Source: Trichinella spiralis (lineage: Eukaryota). Taken from it: a stretch of DNA of 61,471 nucleotides. The notes below the pieces were generated by a model, which saw only the letters and a program-made list of their open reading frames with translations, had not been told where the DNA came from and made no database searches. Position 1 is the stretch's first letter. Each line of letters starts with the position of its first letter. The position numbers were made by a program, and so were the translations under genes. The stretch lies in NCBI RefSeq assembly GCF_000181795.1, contig NW_003526948.1, positions 2,844,327 through 2,905,797 of the forward strand, read 5' to 3'. Below, one piece after another: positions 52,561 to 61,471 of this stretch.

Positions 52561-54739
52561 ATGCTGAAGCAAAAATTATTGTTATTATTCTCTTTTCCAA
52601 TGCGCACATTCCATCATCATCATCAACAACACCATAATGCTAATCAACGGCTAACTCATCTTCTTTCTATCTCTGTATACTATCCTCCCATATTCCTTTC
52701 GTTATATGATGTTTTTGAAAATGTTTTACTTATGAAATAACCTTCATTTCAACATAAATATACTTTGGAAAAATAATTCTTCAATAATGAAATTTACATT
52801 TTAATAAGTGCAAAAAATTGTTGTTTTATGTAATATTTATAAACAATATCGTCATTTAATTAATTTTTTGAATTGCGGTAAATTTCCAATTGAAAAGATT
52901 GATTTTCATCAAAATGCATCCCTGTACAGTATGTATATGAATGATGCACGTTAGTAAATTGAACAGTTTTTGGAAATTGTTTCAAATTCAAATCACTTAT
53001 AATATTTTACGTAGAACAAATGATAAATAAAGTTAGACCTTAAAAATTGCAGATGTGTTTAACATTTTCAAATGAATATTCCCATTTTTTTGAACAACAA
53101 ATATGAATTATAATTGAATTTTTTTTCTTTGTGCAATTTTGCTTTTCAATTGCTGACGATGTTTATTATTTCGAGCAGAGATTTCTAACATTTTCAAATT
53201 CAATTCTGCATTTTATCTGCTGGAAAAATACATCAAAAGATGCCGCTTGTTTGCAAGAAGCAGCAAATGGTGCTGAAATTACACTAATAAAATAAAAACA
53301 AAGCGTTTAAAATTTGAAATACTTTCACTGGCCAACATTTTTATCACTGTCCATCTGCGAAGCGTATGCCTTGGAATGTTCACGCGATGGGTCATTAAAA
53401 TATATATATATTTATTTATATTTATATATCCGACGGATTAAACATCTTTCTTCTTTTTATTATTACTCTCCAATGTGGCAATCAAAGCGTACATTAAGCA
53501 GCAATAAAAACAACAAGCAGAAATGTTCAAACTTTGCCGACTCATTAAATCACCAGAAAATGGGTCGAAATTATTGATTCAAAATTTTCATTTTGTTCAA
53601 AACAATATTCTAATTTCTTTCCTGTTTTCTTTTAAAACAAAACTCATATATATATATATATATATTCCAATGCAAAATATTCATTTTACGATAAAAATTT
53701 AATGAGTTAAAATTCAAAATGCAATAATTGTTCTGTGTTAAACTGTACGAGTAAATTCATCTGCTCGACAGTAAATAATCATACATTACAAGTATTGTCT
53801 GTTATATGGAAATATAAAAAATAATCGAAAAAAATATTAATTTCAATTTCTGTGCAATTGCTATACACTTTGAGCATATAGCTTTTGCCTTCTTGTCTTG
53901 CCATTTGCCTTCTTACTTTAAAATTATTTTTTTAATTGCCAACAATTAAACATTTTTATCCCTTTTGTTGTTTGTATTTGTAGCTTAAACAGAGATAAAG
54001 GATGATAAAATAGATAAATACAGCTAGTAAATGATCATTAGTGATCAGCACAGTCTTGTTCTAAATTTAAATATCAATTCCGTGAAATGCCTATTACTGA
54101 ACTGGATTGTTTGATTTGTTTAACCTAGGATTAGCTCTCTTGCACAGACGTGAGCAATAGAGAACACTGTTGTTTTATTGGTTTTGTTCGTAATGGCTCG
54201 TCATAATTAACCTCCAGAAATACATTCATTCCTCCGCTAAAGCATGTAGCGCAACCGTTATGATTGCAGTTCAGTCGTACTATTATAATTTTTTCTATGA
54301 AATAAACATCTTCCCATATTTGTACGTATAAAATGCATTTGATATTAGCTTATTGAACTATTCTTTTATATGATCATTTAACTTTTACATTTTCATTAAA
54401 ATGCGCGCTTATTTGTGATGTATTTTTAACAAAACTGTAGGAAAAAGCAAACTATCGATGAAATAATTTAAAGATCTTTGCAAATGAAGCCCTATCTAGT
54501 GCATGTTTTGCATTCTTTTGGAAGTGATAAAATAGCATTGTTTAAAAGGGTGATTTAAAATGTTATTTTTAATTAAAAGCGTTCACGTGTCAAAGTATTA
54601 GAATCATATTTCATTTAGAATACATTTTATATGCTTATTTCAAAAATATAAACCTGCCTATTACTTACTGTATCAGAGTAACTATCTATCTCAACGGGAA
54701 TAATTTTGTTCCATAAAAATTGTGAAATATTTCCAAAGC

Positions 54740-57700
54740 ATGGACAACACTTTCAAATTAGACTGGACCTCTGTATCAGTTGCACTGCTTGTTTGTCTAG
54801 CAATTATTGTTGTTCAATGCACTTGGATGACAGTTTGCAGACGTTTTAAGGTTTTGCAAAAGTATCAGGTATATTAGAATTTTAATTTATTCATGGCCGC
54901 ATATTTTAGGCATGTCATGATTTCATTTTTAATTCCACTAATTGAATCTGTAATTTTAAAAGTCGTTTAAAGTATGTATATGTCAGAGTGTAAAATAAAC
55001 TTTGCCTTTTTATTTATTATTGCTGATTTTTACGCAGTTGATCTTGCACAATTTTTTCAGACCGAATTAACAAAGCATGGCGGTGAAATAGTAGCGCGGG
55101 TGCTTTCAGTGAGGTTTTCTTCTTTTCGTTGTCTTCATCTCGTTTAGTGATTTTTGACTTTGCAGGAACACAATGTAAACTTTGTATTTACATTATGTGG
55201 TGGTCATATTTCGCCAATTTTGGCCGCATGTGAGAATTTGAACATTCGAATAATCGACACACGTCATGAAGTAAGTATATTGAAAATGTTATGAATGTGT
55301 TTTTGATTTTTTGAAGCATCTGCATGATCAAACTTAATTTATTTGTATCATTAAAATTTTGTATGTTTGGATTGTTGCTTCTTTCTCTTCGATGTGTAAT
55401 AAAATACAAGTACAGCAACATTTATTTATCATGATTTTAACATTGAAAGTTTTACATTTGAATATTTCATCCAACATGACTGAGTACGTTTTTACTTTGA
55501 GCAGTTCTGCGTAATTGTAAACTAATTTTATACCATTCATATTTTTCAGTGCTTTTGATTAAGCAATTTTAAAATATGTTTGATGAAATGTGAATTTTTC
55601 AAATTTTAACTCTTACAATAAGAAACATGATGTAAAAGCTGTAAATGGTGTGCTGTTTATTTGTTGCATTGTTGCAATTTGTTTCGCAGTTTCTCTGCTT
55701 TAGGCTACTGCAGTATTTGCAGCTGACGCGATGTCACGATTAAGCGGCAAGATAGGCGTTGCTTGTGTAACTGCGGGACCTGGTACTTGAATTGAAACAC
55801 CGTATTATATGCGGTGATTTTGCAGAATGAAAACGGAACATCATTTGTTGTATTTTTTTTTTTTCATTAGGTGTGGCAAATACAATTGTAGCATTGAAAA
55901 ATGCGCAAATGGCGGAATCATCAGTGCTGCTTCTTGCTGGTGCATCTCCTACTCTTTTAAAAGTATTTCAATTTAGTAGTCTGTTGTTTATTTCTGATAT
56001 TGTTGATTGTATATTTTTCAGGGTCGTGGTCCACTGCAAGATATGGATCAGATTGCTTTGGTGAAGAGCATTTGTAAGTGTGCAGTTACTGTGAAAAGAG
56101 TTAAAGATATATCAAAGAAGCTTCGTCTTGCGATACAGCTAGCACGCAGCGATGTTCCAGGCATGTATACTATTTTTGACTGAAATATTTATATTTGAAA
56201 GATTAATATGATTTTATATGTAGGACCCGTGTTTGTTGAACTTCCTGTTGAAGTGTTGTATCCGTTTGATATAGTAAAAAAACAAATGGGTATTAAAGAA
56301 AATTGTAAAGGATTTTGGGATCGAATAATAAACTTGTAAGAGTTGAGATGAGACTCCATGAATAAGTGTTTTTATTGTATTTTATTCTGTTCTATTCTAT
56401 TCACCTAGCTATTTGCGTTGGACTTTGTGTCGATTGTTTCAAGATGCTGAATTAGAATTTGACTGTAGTCCTTTGATACCGCATTTAACAGAAGCCAAAA
56501 TTGCAGACGGTAATATTTTTGTTTTTACAATTTATTATTTTTTTGATTTGATATAACTATATATGACTGTGTATGAATATGAAGAAGAAAAATAGATCCC
56601 AGTACAACTATTTTGTATGAGAATCGTTTTTTCAGTATAAGTTAATTTTTAGTTGAGCTTATAAAACAAATGCTCACACGCAGCAGTCGTCCGCTAATGC
56701 TGTTGGGAAGTCAGCTTATGGCAAACTTTGAAAATATACATCAGTTAAAAGAAGCAATTGAAGTGATATGTCTTTTTTAAATTATATTAAATTTGAATTG
56801 TTGAATGATATAATTTTTGTAGTTAATTGGAATACCTTGCTATTGTGGTGGAATGAGTCGTGGTGTATTGTCCGACGACAGTGAATTGTTGTTTAGACAT
56901 AAAAGACGAGAAGCTTTGAAACAAGCTGATTTTATTTTACTTGTTGGTAATGTGTAATGGTTTATTGTTTTGTACTTTAAGCAAATTATGCTTGAAAATT
57001 AATCAGGTGCCGTGTGTGATTTTCGGTTAAATTATGGCAAATCATTGAATCCAATGGCGGACGTTGTCGTTGTTAACCGCGGAAAAAATCAGATAAACAT
57101 GAATGCTGGTTGGTTTTGGAAACTCACTCACGGCATTTGTGCAGATCCTAGCGATTTTTTAATCAAACTCTCTCAGGCAAATGTAAATGACAGTTTGAAA
57201 AAATCACGATTTTCTGGTTGGGTGGAAATTTTGCGTGACCAGGAAAATCTTCAAGAACTTGAAATTATGTATAAATGAACTGTATTATTTTATAATTATG
57301 TACGAAAATATTCTTTTCTTTTGTTTTAAAGAAAATTGACAGAACAAAATAGTATTGATCAAAATTTGCTGAACAGTATTTTGCTGTTAAAGAAGGTGGA
57401 CAATGCTGCACCAGATGATGCCGTTTTTGTCTTTGACGGTGGTGATTTTGTCGGTTCTGCTTCATACATTATTAGGTATAATATTGTTTTTTTCATTACT
57501 ATGCAAGACAGTTAATCCAGATGAGGTAGAAAAATTTTTTTTATGAAATTTGAAGATAATGTAATTAATATTTGAGACCCAGAGGATGTTTGAAATGGTT
57601 AGATCCTGGACCATTTGGAACTTTGGGAGTTGGAGCCGGGTTTGCTATTGCGGCGAAACTGTGCCATCCAAATCTTCCAGTTTGGATTATATACGGCGAC

Positions 57701-58152
57701 GGTGCTGTGGGTTTTTCTCTTTTAGAATTTGATACGTTTACTCGACATCAGGTAATTAAAATATCATGCTTCAAATGTATGCTTGTGAAAGTTATTATTT
57801 ATTTTTTTGCAGTTGCCAGTTGTGGCTGTAGTCGGGAACGACGCACGTTGGAGTCAAATACATCGAACACAGACATCTATATTTGGCACTGCTGTTGGAT
57901 GTGTTTTGGAAGTTAGTTTTATTTTTTATCAATTGTAGAGTTGTGTTTAATTCAGTATAAATTTAGTATTCTTCATATGAGAAAGTAGCAGCTGCATTTC
58001 ACTTTAAAGGTATAAAGATTGATGGTACCAATGAAAAAACTGTTGAAGGCATTTTGAACGAAATTCTACAGTTGAATGCGCATGGCATTGGAGTATTGCT
58101 TAACTGTTACATTTCACCTAGTGGCTTCCGTGATGGAAGTATTTCACTTTGA
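54740..58152 (+). CDS. ILVBL: Acetolactate synthase-like protein / 2-hydroxyacyl-CoA lyase 2 (TPP-dependent), multi-exon
   Basis: N-terminal TM ([19 protein letters not shown]). Motifs: [118 protein letters not shown] motif [15 protein letters not shown]-terminal FRDGSISL*. Confidence 0.94.
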
Positions 58153-61100
58153 TAATGTTTTGACACGATGTTTTGCATGTTTAAAAAAGAGGGAGTAATA
58201 TTATGAATTTTAATATGTCACATGAAATATGCTCTTGCTCTTTCTTACTCTACGCGAATTGTTTCACGTATTATATGAATTACAGAGGTATACAGGTTAT
58301 AGAAATTTATTAAATCATACAGAATGTTTTCATGAATACTATAGCATAGTGTTAAATTTGTTTCTCTTTTTGTACTTTCTTCTACATCCTTCTACAAATG
58401 AAAATTATACATAGCGTGCATTTACTATCAATTGATGTACCCTTTTCAATGGCTAATGCTATATCTTCTGTACAATATTCTTATAAAGTAAAATAACGTC
58501 GAGTTGAGAAACGGCTTTCTGATTGTATGAAAATTGAAGGAAAGCAAGCAACATTTTTAATATAGTTGAACTTCCTGTTTGATTTCTGGCAAAGCCTCTA
58601 GCGTAATTGTTTCACTCACTCAGCTACATTTTCAATTATTGCAGGCTTTATTTATGTGCGTCCACTGAATATTTATGGCGTTTTCATTTGAAATGAGGGC
58701 GCCCATCACTGAGACAGATTTGTTTTCTTCTGTTCTTATATTTATGTTAATTGAAAGCAATTTATCCTAATTTTTTTCATCCCGCTGTTGTTGTGTAGCT
58801 TTGTTTCAATCTAAAGTTTCTATGAAAATGAAGTATTGAAGCTTATGGAGGCTACTATCTTCGTCGTCAGCGATTTTTCACTGATCTGTGATATATGTTT
58901 GTTTATATGTGAAATAAACTTTGCTGTTCATTCAAATTCAAGTGAGATTATTTGTTTTTTACTGTTTTGAGTTGCATCGTAATTATTGTAAAATTACTGG
59001 AGATTATATATCGATTCAAAAGTATAATTTACATTTGAAGTATAACTTATCGAACGAACAAAATTGATGCTCAGTACTTGATGTAATCTACTGTATACGA
59101 TAGAATGCTTTAATATTTTGGAGTAGTTGCTTTCTGCATCTGAGCATTTTTCATGTCTCATTTGTTGTTGTGAATGACATTAATATTCAATTGTGAAATG
59201 AAAGATGATTAAATTTCAATCATTACAGTTAGGAAAAATTGTATTTTTATTTTTGGCAGTTGGTTTCTAAGGCTAGACTGTGACTACAGGTAAAATTAAG
59301 TACCAAAATAGCGCTACATAACTTGTAAAGAATACGAGAAAAGTTATCTGCGATAGTATTATGGTTTTAGCTAAAATTGTGACCGTGGTGCAATAAACAA
59401 ATAAATATTAATCGATTATTGAAATGATCATTGACCTCTTATGGTCATTGTTGTAGTAAGCGTTCTGCAGTTTTCTTTGATATGCATGTTTGCGATTATG
59501 TAAGTTTGCATTTCAAATATCAAAAGTCGCTTTATTTATTGTGAATAATCTTAACAAATAATTGATAGCAGAATCATTTTAGATAATGTGGTTCTCTTAA
59601 TTCCCTTTTTTCACTGAAGCCTATTCTTTGCTTTTACATCATGAATTCTAAAAATATTCTAGCTACATCTTCCTAATTGTTGAAAGTTTCGAAAGATGTG
59701 ATGAGATTGTCTGATTTTGTAAATTTCTCAAAGGGGAAGTTAGATTGCTTTTTTATCTTTGTCTTTTGTTTTCGTTTTTGTATTTTCCAGATGGTTATGG
59801 TTCAATTATGAAAATTAGCATTTTTTAAACATTATTTTATCAGTAGCAGAGCACCTGGTAAGTTGAATACCACAACTAGCAGTGACGTCAGATAACGTTC
59901 TCTCAATGAGCTTCATTTGATATAATTGCAGCTTAACAGTGTACGGCTGCTGAGAGGTTGTGATTACACTGGAAAATTAGACCAGCATCCGTAAGAAAGA
60001 TTTGTTTTTTAGAAATTTTATTTTCGTTTCTTGAAAATGATTTATTACTATTTAGTACGACACAAAAACAGATGGTCCCCAATGATGCAAAGATGACCAT
60101 TTTGATAAGTTGCATTTCTCAAAATTTCTTTGCAATTGCTTGGCAACGTAGCTGCAAATAGATGCTAAATTTGTATTGTACTAGCCCAACTAAATAATGG
60201 TGTGTCTATAATCTTCAAAATTTTGTGTCTAAGCTAAATTGAGATTTGCTGAAAATATTTTCTTATAAATAAATAATCCATTATTATAAAAGTATATTAT
60301 AAATGCGTGATATCTGTTAGACTTCACTATAGTTCGAGTTAATGCTTATTCGATTATAAATGTTTTATTTCACATAATAGGGGTTAGGTTAGGAGTTATT
60401 TTCATAAACAAATAATAATTTTGCGTTCAGATTTGACGTTGTTATGCTCGATCGGGCGAAGCTATAAGCGTTGTTTGTTTAATGTGTACAAATTAAGCTT
60501 TTCTGAAAATAGTCTTATATTACTAACTACAGGCCTGTTTTCTAATCTGATATAGATGACCGTATTGTCAAATAACGTTCTTGCAAGTGATTATTGAGTT
60601 AAGCAACAGATGAGAACCATATTCAATTACTAAAAAATATTCCATTTCTCCATATGTTTTCATTTAAGATATGGTTTGCACATTTTCAGAAGTATACGTT
60701 TAATTGAAAAGCAGTTATTTACTACATTTTAGAATTCAGTTTTAATTTTGGCATCTAATTTACAACTTTTACTTCATGATGAAGTGAACATTTGGTTTAA
60801 TGTTTAGCATTTTTGTAGATATGAAGAATGACGACAACAAAAAGTGAAGTCACGAAAGAAGTCTAAAGGTTAGTATAGTTCTCTTTGGGTCATCTTTTTC
60901 TAAAATCTAAGATTGTGATACTTTGAAAAGATGAAGTTTTGTTTAGTTAAATTAACTTAATGACTATCTTTCATGGTTGAGATTTCTATTAATGCAGTGT
61001 TTAGGCTTACTGGCACCAAAATTTATGTATGCAATTTTTTTCATGAATCACACTATCTACAGATTTTTATTTGCTAATTTCCGTTTGATTTCATCTTTCA

Positions 61101-61187
61101 TCCAAACATTCATACGTTCAGGACTGCATTTTTTAATTATTTTCAATGGAAATTTATTTTTATTAATTTTGAAAATATTTTCTTCAT

Positions 61188-61438
61188 TCATTTACATTTG
61201 ATTTCATGTTTTTTTATTTTTATACTTGTTGTAATTTTCATTATTTGCCAAATACTACTTTTCATTCTTCTTTCTTCATTTATATATTTTGGCATTAATT
61301 TAAAAGTAAATGAACTAATGATGCATTGCATATGTACTCTTATACACGTAACATAACTTATTAATATAATACATGAAAAAGATATTAATAATGAAATGAA
61401 TATCACCAACCGGGCAAGATTACTCCAAGTATCATCGC
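61188..61438 (-). CDS. Possible internal or terminal exon of a membrane-protein gene continuing beyond the window
   Basis: A TTTCAG acceptor at 61439 is followed by an open frame DDTWSNLARLVIFISLLISFSCIILISYVTCIR, which looks like a TM helix followed by a basic stretch. It could be an AT-rich artefact. Confidence 0.25.
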
Positions 61439-61471
61439 CTGAAATAAATCGTCGAATTTGGAAATATTATT

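Noticed and set aside
52089..52740. ORFs of 77-126 aa in the GC-rich island
   Set aside because: No recognisable domains; better explained as promoter/5'UTR of the p75-like gene.
60380..60394. GGGTTAGGTTAGG telomere-like motif
   Set aside because: Only about two units, too short to call an interstitial telomeric repeat.
58229..61201. Short ORFs and isolated splice-like signals (e.g. ~59790-59860, ~60819-60870)
   Set aside because: Could not be joined into a consistent reading frame; the exon-like piece examined at ~60819 has stops in all frames.

Overview
This is eukaryotic, very AT-rich genomic DNA with many short (~50-80 nt) GT-AG introns and TTTCAG-like acceptors, typical of a nematode. 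The gene content (a SUV39H-type methyltransferase and a TNFR-family receptor) suggests a clade I nematode such as Trichinella rather than Caenorhabditis; that taxonomy is an inference. Eight multi-exon genes could be assembled by hand: EDC4/Ge-1-like (+, 5' partial), SUV39H-like H3K9 methyltransferase (+), CTDNEP1/Dullard (-), a basigin/neuroplastin-like Ig protein (+), PRP4 kinase (-), a ~20 kb DPP-IV-family gene (+), a p75NTR/TNFRSF16-like death-domain receptor (-) and ILVBL/HACL2 (+). The most notable items are: (1) a complete p75 neurotrophin-receptor-like gene in a probable nematode; (2) a DPP6/DPP10-style gene with an array of in-phase alternative N-terminal exons but an intact catalytic triad; (3) a SUV39H-like enzyme with AT-hook motifs in place of a chromodomain. 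I recognised no tRNA, rRNA, CRISPR array or intact transposon. Most short ORFs in the track are artefacts of introns and intergenic DNA. Exon boundaries and family assignments were made by eye from remembered motifs, not from database searches.
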